A stretch of DNA of 64,000 bases from the human T2T-CHM13v2.0 reference genome, Homo sapiens. The first letter of the stretch is position 1. The number at the start of each line of letters is the position of its first letter. The notes under the pieces were generated by a model. The model did not search any database, was not told where the DNA came from, and saw nothing but the letters and a program-made list of their open reading frames with translations. The translations under genes were made by a program, and so were the position numbers. Location: NCBI RefSeq assembly GCF_009914755.1, contig NC_060928.1, one strand, 5' to 3'. This document shows positions 12,577 through 25,469 of the stretch, in pieces.

Positions 12577-12916
12577 TTTTTTAATTTTTTTTATTATTAT
12601 ACTTTAAGTTCTGGGATACATGTGCACAACATGCTGCAGGTTTGTTACACAGATATACATGTGCCATGTTGGTTTGCTGCACCCATCAACTCATCATTTA
12701 CATTAGGTATTTCTCCTAAAGCTATCCCTCCCCCAGCCCCCCACTGCCCTACGGGTCTCGGTGTGTGAAAGTCCCCTCCCTGTGTCCATGTGTTCTCATT
12801 GTTCAGCTCCCACTTATGAGTGAGAACATGCGGTGTTTGGTTTTCTTTTCTTGTGTTACTTTGCTGAGAATGATGTTTTCCAGTTTCATCCATGTCCCTG
12901 CAAAGGACATGAACTC
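12577..12916 (-). mobile_element. 5'-truncated L1PA (about PA7/8) 3' end
   Basis: ttattattatactttaagttctgggatacatgtgcacaac...catgtccctgcaaaggacatgaactc; flanked by aaataatttttt on both sides (TSD). Confidence 0.9.
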
Positions 12917-13129
12917 AAAAATAATTTTTTAAAATAACCATATGCATAGAACTTTCTCCTTGATTATTGTCCCACAACAACTTAGCAAGGTATTAAATTT
13001 TTTTTTGTTATATAGATAAGAAAATGAGGGCAAAGACTTCACAACACTAGTAAAGCAGAGAATTTCATTTTTCTGAATCTTTTTTTCCCTACAAGATTGA
13101 AATAATGAACAACTTTCTAAATATGATAA

Positions 13130-13525
<396 letters not shown>

Positions 13526-16209
13526 TGAAAAAAAGAAAAGTCCTATGTATGTAATAAATTAATTCAATAAATTTATTTTTATAAACAGGTCATGTAAAAT
13601 GTAATGAATAATAATAATGTACCTACATGTTCATTTCTCTTTCTTTATATCTATTTCTGTTTTTAACTTTATCTCAGTCTTTAATCTATATCCTTGTTGA
13701 AACCTACATTTTTTGGTTGTTCTTTATACACACATTTTCTTTGGTAATTCTGCTGGATGATTATACATCTCCCTCATTGTTCTACTTCTGTCCTTCAGAT
13801 AATTCTCTAAACTGCCACAACAGAAAGATATTAAGAGAGATGTGTTTGATTCTGCTATAGTTCATCTATGAAAGCAGCCCATAAAAGGACTCAGAGAAAA
13901 CCCCTGGGAAGCATTATTCTTATTTTTCTTAAATTTGTTTTCAATTTTTATGGATACATAATAGATGTACATAGTACTTTTCCAACTAAGTCTAAGATAC
14001 TAAAATCTTTATAGAGCAACACTTATAATTACTTTTATACAAATCATCTCTTTTTTAGTTTATTAATTTTCCAGGCATTAATAAGCTTCATGATTTATAA
14101 ATGAAATGCTGCTCTGTTCTTGAAAGAGATAGTATGGTGTGAAATATATGAAAAAAGTGAAATAAAAGTTACCTTGGTTTTAGTTCTAGCAGTCTTTGAA
14201 TAGGTTTAGTGTTTTCAGTAGTATTCAGTTACTACAGTATAATCTTGTATATTTTAAAAAGTCTGTTTATTTTGGAAGTTTGTTATTTCTATTTTAGTGT
14301 AGGAGCTATGTGAACAGAAATGACCTTGTTCCCCCTGCCCGTTATTTTTTCCTGGTTTTGTTTCTTTTACTTCATTCATCTAATGATAGTGTCATTGCTC
14401 TAGAATGAATACAATAAATGACAAAAAATACTTACTAAATATTTATCGTGGATGTCCATAGTATTCATTTTTAATCACAAGTAGTAGATTTGTAAATCTA
14501 GACAATTAATTCATAAAAATATTTAGTTATTTCCCTTCCAATTTAGACAGGGAGCAACCAAGAGAACAAAGAATAATTTTACATAAAAATTAATGAGACA
14601 CAAATAATCTATCATTCTTTTTGCTGCAAGGAAAAAATTTGCCATGGGATATTGAACAGAGCAGTTTGTAGGAATATATGAGGCCAATGTTTCTCTGTAG
14701 CATAAAATCTTTTACATTCAAAACTAGATTTTTATCCATAGTTCTCATTATACAGAACTACAAGTTAAAATCAAGCAGTGCAATTTTTGATGGTTTGATT
14801 CTTTGAATGGCAATATTTTGGATGTTTGGTGGTAATTAAATGGGAATTACTTAGAAATATTCTAATATTTATTCTATATTCTAATTAGCTACAGTTTAAA
14901 ATTACTTAGAAAACCTGTAATAATCGGTTGACACAGGTCAGTGTTATTCTTATTTTACAGATTATAAACGGAACAATAGAAAAGTTAATAAGCATAGTCA
15001 TAGTAGAGATTCAGCTGCAAAATTATCTGTCTTTTATTTATATAGACAATGAAGATAATGATAAATTAAAGACTATATGTGTTTATTACATATATACATA
15101 TGCATACATATATAATATTTTTTTCCAAATTTCAAATCAAAATTTAGGTAATTATTGTCACTCTAATGAGCCACAGTTCATACATACATTGACTCAAAAT
15201 AATTTTAATGACAAAATTAATATTGAGCAGCATGATTAATGAAACATTACAACATTGAACCTTTTCTTTCTAATCTCTTTTCTGTTGTTGTTTGGTTTGA
15301 CTTCCATAGTAAACAGATTTCTTCAACAGGCAAACTTAAGAGTTTCTTAAGTGCAATTTTTATTATTGTTTTTGTACAATGTTGCCTGTTTATTCTGAAA
15401 AATATGAGAAAGAAATAAATGAGGATATATAGCTTTGGAATAACTGTGGGTCCTTATCCAATAAGTCACCACAGATGCCCTGACTCATTTTGATGACAGT
15501 TTCCTCTCTTATGTGATTATAAACACTTCAAGATACAAGTTGAGTAATATAACCATATTGAATATGAAAGCTTGAAAAAATGTGTAGTAGAGAGATGTTA
15601 CAAATGTTACATAGCCTATTCACATATAAAGAAAGACAATGCAGATAATTTTCTTAATAAAGAATATGTGTGAGTACACTATATTCTACTGTATTGCATA
15701 TTTTGGTTTGGTTTGTTTTTCTTTGTTTTAGTAAACTAAGAAAAACAATTTCAAGGTCATTGTCAATGAAGACAAACAGCTATTTCCTCCTATAATTTAA
15801 ATGTAGGGTTATCAAGCAACGACACTGTATATTATATTAACCTGCCTTTTCAAATACACAATATATTCTGGTTGTTTGTAACAGTATGGGTTATGTTATT
15901 TTTCAACTTGAAACATCATCAAAAATCATATATATACATAAAGAACAAAATTAAGCAAGGAAATATTTCATATAAAACTACTGATGTAGGTTAAAGTGAG
16001 CATAGGAGCTAAATATAAAGATAGAATACAAATAGAAACAGATACAAATATATAGTAATATTTGTAAGAGTTCTCTTCATGATAACATGACATCTTGAAA
16101 AATACTTCTTGAATTTGCTAATTTGAATTAAGTAATTACTTCTTTCATGGCAAATTAAATATAGTCACTAAAGAATGTTTATTTTATAAAGAGACATTGG
16201 GTCATTTGG

Positions 16210-16585
16210 AGTATTGGTATTGCTGGGATACCCCATAACCACCAAACCTCAGTCCCTAAAAATAATAAAAGCTTAATTTTTGCTTATGCTACGTGTCCAA
16301 CATGGGTTAGATAGAAACATCTACTTATCACATTCTCATCTAAGAAGTCCAGGATGAGGGAGAGTCCATTTTGGTGCTTTCATGACTGCCAAGGCAGCAA
16401 AAATAAAATGTGAGAAATTTTTTACTGATTTGTAAGTCTTCCACTTCAAAGTGACATGTGTCACTTCTACTCACAATGTGTTGGTCAATAAAAGTCATGT
16501 GATCACTTTCAACTTCAAGTGGGCAGGTACATGAATCTGGGAGGAAGAAACAATTTATTTGTTGAACAACACTAATGACTCTTTT
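16210..16585 (-). mobile_element. MLT1 (J/K-like) LTR, probably followed by degenerate MLT1 internal sequence to ~17620
   Basis: aagtgacatgtgtcacttctactcacaatgtgttggtca...gtcatgtgatcac..caacttcaagtgggcagg is typical of old MLT1 LTRs. Confidence 0.65.
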
Positions 16586-16903
16586 AGCCTATCCTCTAAG
16601 TGACAAGTAGTTCTCAATGAAAAATATATGCACTCCTTTCCATTGGAAACAACCCCATTCAATCATAACATGAGGCACAAATTCTAATTTTTTTGCACTT
16701 GTGAGGAACATTCTTTAGCAAATACTAATACATAGTAGACGCTACATCAGCTCATCTCTTGACAGATTTACTAATTAAAAAGGCAAGATATCTGTTCTCA
16801 TTCCTCCAATATATGATGGGATAACAGGCATAGGATGGTCATACAAAAAATATCATACAGAAAATAATATATAATGCATGGTAGACATATTCACTAGTAT
16901 ACA

Positions 16904-17063
16904 ACTTGATTATTGAAATAATATTGTCAACTTTTATAATCACAAAATAATTAAAAAAAAATTTTTTTTATTATGCCTTAAGTTCTGGGGTACATGTGCA
17001 CAACGTGCAGGTTTGTTACATAGATATACATGTGCCATGTTGGTTTGCTGCACCCATCAACTC
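16904..17063 (+). repeat. Dispersed ~160 bp direct duplicate of 12528-12692 (unique flank plus L1PA tail)
   Basis: Both copies begin acttgattattgaaataatattgtcaactttta and end tggtttgctgcacccatcaactc. Confidence 0.9.
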
Positions 17064-17619
17064 GGAAATCCTTGTGGGTAGATATTTTGAGAGCAATACC
17101 ATGGGTGCTCACTAATGTTCCTTATTAGGACTTGGTTTTATTACCAGGCTGTAGATCTTTGTTTCATTGTTCTCTGTGGACTCAGTTCCTCCCTATAAGA
17201 GATTATCCTAGTTGACCTCTATGCTTTTCTTGGGGGTGCTGAGCATCTTTCTCCATCCACTACCTACCCATGGATGAGTCAGGAAACAAGGATTGTTTTC
17301 TTAAATCATCGTAGAATGTTTCGAACAAGGCTGGTGATTTTTTTTGCCATACAACTCCTGATTGATTTGATTGCAGTCACTTCCATATGACAACAGCCAC
17401 TTACACAGTTAATTTTCTGGAATTATTTCTTAGATTTTATATAGTTCTATGTATTCCTCTCTCTCTCTTTCTTTTCTTTCCTTACTCATCTTTCTCTAAT
17501 ACCTCAATTATAAAAATCTTGGGCTTTTTGTAAATTTAGTCTTTTTTTCTTAATTGAAAGGTTCCTCAGCACCCCATAATTGGACTTTTACTCTGAGACA
17601 CTTAATCAGTAAGGTAGAA

Positions 17620-19250
17620 TAAATGGAATAATATCTATGATCATGGATTAGAAGATTTAATATTGTTAAGTTGTCTATACTATTAAAAGTGCTATACAGA
17701 TTCGATGCAAGCTGTTATCAAAATCTCAATGACAGTTTTTACAGAAATAGAAGAAACAATTCTAAAATTTATATGGAACCACAAAGGACTTCAAATAGCC
17801 AAAGCCATCTGAAGCAAAAAGGACAAAGTGGGAGGCATTACACTTCCTGATTTCAAAATATATTACAAAGCTACAGAATTTAAAACAGCATGGTACTTGT
17901 ATTAAGATAGATATATTGCCAATAGAGCAGAATAGAAAGCCCAGAAATAAACTCATGCATATATCATCAAGTGATCTTCAGCAAGGTCACCAAGAATACA
18001 CAATGGAGAAAGGATAATCTCTTCAACAAATGGTGTTTTGGGGGAATTTGATATTCACATGCAAAAGAATGATATTAACTCAAAAATGGATTAAAGACTT
18101 AAACAAGGACCTGAAACTATAAAACTTTTAGAAGAAAACCTAAGAAATGCTTCATGACGTTGATCTTGGCAGTGATTTCTAGGCTATAACACCAAAAGCA
18201 CAGGCAACAATAGCAAAAAATGTACAACTGGGACTTCATCAAACTAAGAAGCTTCTGTACAACAAAGGAAACTATTAACACAGTGAAAGACAGCCTATGG
18301 AATGGGAGAAAAATATTCACAATCCACATATCTGCTCTGGGACTAATATCCAAAATGTAGAAGAAACTCCCACAACTCAATAGCAAAAACTACCAAATAA
18401 CCCAGTTTAAAAATGGGCAAAAGACTTGAATAGACATTCCTCCAAAAAAGACATACAAATTGCCAATAAGTATATGAAAAGATATTCAACATCACTAATC
18501 ATGAGAAAAATGTCAATCAAAACCACAGCAAGTTATCATCTCACATCTGTTTTGATGTTCAGTATAAAAAATAGATAAGTGTTGATGAAAATGTGGAGAA
18601 TATTCAATGCTAATACACTACTGGTGAGAATGTGAAATGGTGTAAGCCCTATGGAAAATGATATGGAATTTCCTCAAAAATTAAAATTACAGCATGCATT
18701 TCCACTTCTGGGAATTTATCCAAAAGAATTAAAATCAGGATGTCAAAGAGGTATATGTACCTTCATGTTTACTGTAACATTATTTACAATAGCCAAGATA
18801 AAGAAACAACCTAAATGTCCATTGATTTGTGAGTAGATAAAGAAAATATGGTATATACATACAATGAAATATTTCAGTGATTAAAAAAAGAAAATCCTGC
18901 CATACAAAACATGTATTAACTCTGAGATGATAATGCAAAATGAGATAAGGCAATCACAGAAGGACAAATATTGCATGATTCCACTTATATGAGGGTTCTA
19001 AAATATGGAAACTCATAGAAGCAGAAAGTGGAATGGTGGTTGCCAGGTGCTGAGGCTAGGGGGACATGAGGATTTGCTGTTCAATCAGTGTGAAGATTCA
19101 GTTATGCAAGATCAATAAGTTCTAGAAGTCAGCTGTAGTACATCATTGTGCTTATAGTTAACAATATTGTATTGTACACTAATTTTAAGAGGATATATCT
19201 CCTGTTATTTGTTCTTACCACAGTGAGAATACAAAGCAAAACAAAATTAA
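17620..19250 (+). mobile_element. L1MA/L1MB 3' fragment (ORF2 C-terminus and 3' UTR)
   Basis: Peptide FPLLGIYPKELKSG...IAKIKKQPKCP; L1MB-type 3' UTR gcaagatcaataagttctaga...gttaacaatattgtattgtacact. Confidence 0.9.
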
Positions 19251-19836
19251 AAACTAGGGGCCAAGTTTTCCCTCTTAGCCTTGACATCTCTTACCCTGTT
19301 AATATCTGTTTTCTGCTAAACAAAAGGAAGAACTGTTTTTTTCTTTCTAGCTACTTATTCAGCTTTTTTTTACTTCAACATCACTTAAATATTTCTGTGT
19401 CTATTGAAAGACCAGTGCATACAATGAGTGTGCATATAATTTGACAGTGACCTCTTGCACTAGACTAATCAGTAAGACTGACTTTCCCTGATGTTGCTGT
19501 CAAGGAAGATGCTTCCTTGTTTACTCATTCATGGGCATTGCTCTTGAAAAATGTATAACCATGTGAGTCATTTCTATGCTTCAGTGTAAAACAAGAATTT
19601 CCCCCCAAATTTTAGAGATTAATTCCACTACGTACAATAAAAGTAACCTTCAATCTGTTCTTCTAGTCTAAACATGCAGCTACAATTAAAGTCAGAGCCT
19701 GACAGAATTGTAAGGATAGAGTGTTTGGACATTTTCCAAGTGCCTACTTACTTTCTGTTCTTGCTTTGATTTCGCCATTTATAGCTCATAAATAGGGTGA
19801 ATCAAAACAAGGCTCTTAATTCCTCCTTCTCTAGAA

Positions 19837-20062
19837 CAAGAATCAGCAAACTTTTTATTTAAAGGACCAAATAGTACATATTTTTGACTTTGTGGATCCT
19901 ATAGTGTCAGTCCCAACTGCTCAGCACCAGTGTTGTGCGAAAGCAGCATAGGCAATATGTGAACAAATGACCATGGCTGTAAACAAAATAAAATAATACC
20001 TTATTTACAAAAATAGGTGGTGGGCCTGATTTGGCCCATGGGCAGTAGTTTGGCAACCCACA
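19837..20062. mobile_element. MER58A (hAT-Charlie MITE)
   Basis: tcagcaaactttt..aaaggaccaaatagta...gggcctgatttggcccatgggcagtagtttg; ctctaga on both flanks. Confidence 0.85.
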
Positions 20063-20069
20063 CTCTAGA

Positions 20070-20278
20070 CCTGTGCTGTTCAGTAAGTCAGCCTTTAGAC
20101 ACATGACTATTTGTATTTAAATTAAATATAATTAAAATAACATTAAACATTCTAGTTCTCAGTCATCCTTACCATATTTCAAGTGCTTAATAGTCACGTG
20201 TGGCTAGCCACTCTCTATTGGGTAGTGCCTTAGAATGTTTCCATCATCACAGAACTTTCTATTGGGCATCTCTGTGGT
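20070..20278. mobile_element. MER3/MER33-like (hAT-Charlie MITE)
   Basis: catatttcaagtgcttaatagtcacgtgtggctag...tttccatcatcacagaactttctattgg. Confidence 0.75.
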
Positions 20279-20992
20279 CTAGATCAACTTAGTTGAAATT
20301 CTTTAGCAAGCTCTATGCTATGCACTGAATTCCTGCAATAACCATGAGTTCACCAGAAGATATTACCTACAGCCTTGGTTGACCATATTGTTTGGACTTA
20401 TATTAAAGTTGCTGTCATTGACTCTGTATTTAAGGAACCAGGAATAAATTCTAAATACATCAATTGCCTTGGAATAATTATCCTTTTACACTCCCTACTA
20501 TATGCCTGAGTGTTTACCTTAGTTTCTTAGAAAAGAAAGTTCTAAATTCTTATGAAGTAAATATGAAAGTCTTAATGGCAATGAATTCTCTCCAGAGTGC
20601 TTGGTCAGACATTAATTTAAGCTCTTTCAATGCCTTTTTTTTTGAAGGCTAAACTATGCCATAGTTTTGGCTAGTGCCAAAGATTCTGATTCACAATATC
20701 TTCTTGAATTGAAATATGATTGCCTCCTGACCTTTCACTGTCATGGCTTATCCTCTCGAGTGGACTCCTTTTGCACGGATTTTTGTCAAAACCTTGTCAG
20801 GGTAATAAAACTTCAGCCTGGTTCCAGCAAACATGCCAGAATTTAGACCTCCAAATCAATGCTGTCCATGCCAAAAAAAGTTAGCTTGGAAGCTACGCAT
20901 TTATTTCAGTGATGCTACCATTATTTTAAAGGTTTTAGAATTAGACTGTAAGAATTGCCTTCACAACATAAATAACTTATATTTTAGAAAGT

Positions 20993-21355
20993 ACTCAATG
21001 CTCCTTAAAATATGATGTGGTTACATCCTTCTAAACTCTTCAAAATTTGAAAATATTGTAAATCAAAAATGAATTTAATACACCTAGACTACCAAACATC
21101 ATAGCTTGGTCAAACCTACCTTGAACATGCTCAGTTATTTACATTAGCCTACAGTTGGGAAAAATAATCTAATGAAAAGCCTACTTTATAATAAAATATT
21201 GAATACCTTGTGTAACTTATTGAATATTGTACTGAGAATGCAAAACAAAATGATTATATGGGTACTCAAAGTATGTTTTCTATGGAATGTGTGTCTATTT
21301 TACTCCATCATAAAGTCAAAAAAATCATAATCATGGTAAGTCAAGGGCCCTCTCT
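20993..21355. mobile_element. Tigger4 (Zombi)-derived MITE
   Basis: atttaatacacctagactaccaaacatcatagctt...acattagcctacagttggg...tatgggtactcaaagta. Confidence 0.8.
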
Positions 21356-21769
21356 ATTTATTTAGCATTTGCTGACTGGTACATTATACTTATATAGTGC
21401 ATAGGATGTTCAAACATGAGAAAGAAACAGTTTTTAATCCTTAAGGAGCTTGCACAATAGGACAAATAGACACGTACTACCAAAACTGCAATGAAAGCAA
21501 TAAATTTAGGTAATAGTAAATAAAGTAACCCAAAGTTGTCCATTGAATGGGAAAATGGCAAAACTTAACATAAACTTTGGTATTGAAATATAAGATGTGA
21601 CTACAGTATTAGTGCTTTGTCTCCGAAAATGATTCAAAACATTCAATAGTGTAATAGATGAGTAACATGAAATCCTTCTAAGTAATCACCTAGAAAAACA
21701 TGTCTAATTTACAAGTTGCATAGCCTTTGCATATTTATACTAAGATGTGTCATTATAATTTTGAATATA

Positions 21770-22395
21770 TTAAAGTGCCATCCTTGTCTGGGGTAAATAC
21801 CTGAGATTCACTGTCTCACAGACATGGAAAACTAGGATGCGGACACACAAAAAGTGAGTTTCAGAGTGGAAGTTTAATGGGTGAAAGAAAGAGAAAAGCT
21901 CTCTTGCAGACAGAGGGGTCCTGAATGGGTTTCCACTTCTGCAGTGAAATGAGAAGGTTTTATAGTAACTTGAAGAGACAATGACTGATATGCATAGGGT
22001 TCCAAAGATCAGTCCAATCAGGTGTGCCATTTACACAGCATGTGAAAAGCTGGCCGCCCCACCCTAATCTTTTATTATGGAGATGGGTTCTCTACCTGGG
22101 TGGTGTCATGTTGCCTGGTTCGGTACTGTACACGTGAAGACAAAGAAAAGGAAAAATGGAGCCTCCTTGTTGAACATGCCTGGCCTCCAGGTAGCCCTTT
22201 TCTATTGGCAAGCTGCTGGTATTCACTCGTGCAAGCTTCCAGCTTGTTTATCTATGTCTGCAGCTCAAATTTTTAGGCTGCTCTTTGTTAGAAAAGAAAT
22301 GATTTTGGAGCTGCTTTTTGTTAAAGGGAAGACTTGCTGAGGACTCCTTTACCCTCACTATCTGCCTAAATTGTTTTTTTCTAGTTCCTGTATCA
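21770..22395 (-). mobile_element. ERV1-class (MER4-group) solo LTR, subfamily uncertain
   Basis: Minus strand begins tgatacaggaactagaaa...tttaggcagatagtgagggtaaaggagtcctc and has an attaaa poly(A) signal; about 620 bp. Confidence 0.75.
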
Positions 22396-22975
22396 ATATG
22401 AGTATCTAATACATAAACAAACAAAAATTATCACATTATACCTTGAACATTTTCTGTATCAGACAACTGGAATTATTGCTTTTAAAATTAAAGGGTTAAA
22501 TAGCTGCTGGAATGATTGATTGAACAGTACAAGGAAAGACAATATACATGCATACACACATGTACACACACACATTAGAAGAAACAGGATGAAAAGATGG
22601 CAGAAGGAGGAAGGACTAGCTTGAAGCTCCTGCTCGGACAGACAGAACAGTGTGTGGAGACTCACATCGTGAACATTTGCTCAAAGACCTACCATAGGCA
22701 CATACCAGGAAAGTTGAGAGAATCCACAGACCCTTTGTAGGAAGTGGATTGTTGCTGCAGGCTCCCTGAGATGCCAAAAAACTGTGAGTCACCTTGCTTT
22801 CCCAGCTGGGAGGCTGGTGGTCTGGGATAAGTTTTCAGCCCTGATCACCAACTGCCTGGAAATAGATTCATTGATGTTGGGAGGGCAAAGAGGGAGTGAG
22901 ACCACCCTTTAGGACTGTGGGCTGCATGGGAATGAGGTGAGGCCTGTGACTGCTGGCTTTGCCTTACTTCCCTGG

Positions 22976-25238
22976 TGTATTAGTTCATTTTCACACTGCT
23001 GATAATGACATACCTGAGACTGGGAAGAAAAAGAGGTTTTATTGGACTTACAGTTCCACATGGCTGGGGAGGCCTCAGAATCATGGCAGAAGGTGAAAGG
23101 CACTTCTTACATGGCAAAGATGAGAAAATAAGGAAGAAGCAAAAGCGGAAACCCTTGATAAACATGAGACTTATTCACTATCATGAGAATAGCATGGGAA
23201 AGACTGGCCTCCATGATTCAATGACCTCCCCCTGGGTTCCTCCCATAACATGTGGGAACTCTGGGAGATACAATTTGAGTTGAGATTTTGGTGGGGACAC
23301 AGCCAAACCATATCATTCCCCTCCTGGCCCCTCCAAATCTCATGGCCTCACATTTCAAAACCATTCATGCCTTCCCAACAATCCCCCAAAGTCTTAACTC
23401 ATTTCAGCATTAACCCAAAAGTTCACAGTACAGAGTTTCATCTGAAACAAGCCAAGTCCCTTCTGCCGATGAGCCTGTAAAATGAAAAGCAAGCTAGTTA
23501 TCTTCCTACAAGCTAGATACAATAGGAGTACAGGTATTGGGTAAATACAGCCATTCCAAATGGGAGAAATTGGCCAAAACAAAGGGATTGCAGGGCCCAC
23601 GCAAGTCCAAAATCCAGTGGGGCAGTCAAATTTTAAAGCTCCAAAATTATCTACTTTGACTCCACGTCTCACATTCAGGTCACGCTGATGCAAGAGATGG
23701 GTTCCCATGGTTTTGGGCAGCTCTACCCCTGTGGCTTTGCAGGGTACAGCCTCCTTCCCAGCTGCTTTCACAGGCTGGCATTGAGTGTCTGCAGCTTTTC
23801 CAGGCAAATGGTACAAGCGGCCGGTGGATCTACCATTCTGGGGTGTGGAGGATGGTGGCCCTTTTCTCACAGCTCCACTAGGTAGTGCCCTAGTAGGGAC
23901 TCTGTGTGGGGGCTCCAATCCCACATTTCCCTTTCACACTGCCCTAGAAGAGGTTCTCCATGAGGGCCTTACCCCTGGAGCAAACTTTTGCCTGGGCATC
24001 CAGGCATTTCCATACATCTTCTGAAATCTAGGCAGAGGTTCCAAACCTCAGTTCTTGACTTCTGTGTACCTGCTAACTCAACACCACATTGAAGCTGCCA
24101 AGGCTTGAGGCTTCCACCCTCTGAAACCACATGAGCTGTACGTGGGCCCCTTTCAGCCATGGCTGGAGTGGCTGGAACACAGGGCACCAAGTCCCTAGGC
24201 TGCACACAGCATGGGGACCCTGGGCCCAGCCCACAAAACCACTTGTTACTCCTGGGCCTCCAGGCCTGTGATGGGAGGGGCTGCCTTGAAGGTCTCTGAC
24301 ATGGAGACATTTTCACCATGTTCTTGGGGATTAACATTAGGCTCCTTGCTACTTATGCAAATTTCTGCAGGCGGCTTGAATTTCTCCTCAAAAAATGGGT
24401 TTTTCTTTTCTACTGCATCGTCAGGCTGCAAATTTTCTGAGCTTTTATGCTCTGTTTCCCTTTTAAAATGGAACGCTTTTAACAGCACCCAAGTCACTTT
24501 TTGAATGCTTTGCTGCTTAGAAATTTCTTTTGCCAGATACCCTAAATCCCTCTCAATTCCAAAGTTCCACAGATCTCTAGGCCAGGGGCACAATGCCACC
24601 AGGCTCTTTAGTAAAACATAACAAGAGTCACCTTTGCTCCAGTTCTCAACAGTTCCTTATCTCCATCTGAGACCAATTCAGCCTGGAGTTTATTTTTCAT
24701 ATCACTATGAGCATTTTTGTCAAAGCCATTCAACAGCAATTTAGGAGGCTCCAAACTTCCCCACATTTTCTTGTCTTTTTCTGAGCCCTCCAAACTGTTC
24801 CAACCTCTGCCTGTTACCCAATTCCAAAGTCACTTCAACATTTTCAGGAATCTTTTCAGCAACACCCTACTATACTGGTACCAACTTACTGTATTAATTC
24901 ATTTTCATGCTGCTGAAACAAACCTGAAACTGGGAAGAAAAAGAGATTTAATTGGACTTACAGTTGCACATGGCTGGGGAGGCCTCAGAATCATGGCTGA
25001 AGGTGAAAGACACTTCTTACTTGATGGCGGCAAGAGAAGAGTGAGGAAGAAGCAGAAGCGGAAACCCTGATAAACCCATCAGATCTCATGAGACTTATTC
25101 ACTATCACAAGAATAGCATGGAAAAGACCATCACCCATTATTCAATTACCTCCCCCTGGTTCCCTCCACAACACATGGGAATTCTGGGAGATACAATTCA
25201 AGTTGAGGTTTCAGTGGGGACACAGCCAAACCATATCA
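22976..25238 (-). mobile_element. Complete THE1 provirus (LTR-internal-LTR) inserted in the L1 5' UTR
   Basis: LTRs at 22976-23315 and 24890-25238 with TG...CA termini. 5 bp TSD cctgg at 22971-22975 and 25239-25243. Broken THE1 internal ORF (MEGSEKDKKMWGSLE..., GLEPPHRVPTRALPSGAVR). Confidence 0.95.
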
Positions 25239-25393
25239 CCTGGTGACCTGTATGACTGAGCAGAGGCAGCCATAATCCCCCTGGGAACATAACTCCATTG
25301 GCCTGGGAACCACACCCCCCATCCCCTACAGCAGCCACAACAAGCCCTGCCCAAGGAGAATTCGAGCTCAGACACACCTATGCCTGCCCCCAC

Positions 25394-25469
25394 CTGTTGT
25401 ACTGGAGTGGAGTAGGGCTGAGACTGGGGTTGGGCCTTCTATGGCAGTTGGAAGTCAGAGGTGGAGGCC
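25394..25469 (-). pseudogene. MT-ND5: NUMT: nuclear copy of a mitochondrial ND5 fragment (~75 bp)
   Basis: Minus strand ggcctccacctctgacttccaactgccatagaaggcccaaccccagtctcagccctactccactccagtaca translates with the mitochondrial code to [24 protein letters not shown]. Human ND5 has [24 protein letters not shown]. Confidence 0.92.

Noticed and set aside
23394-24793. Long ORFs of 117-176 aa as genes
   Set aside because: They are fragments of the THE1 internal region, broken by frameshifts and stops.
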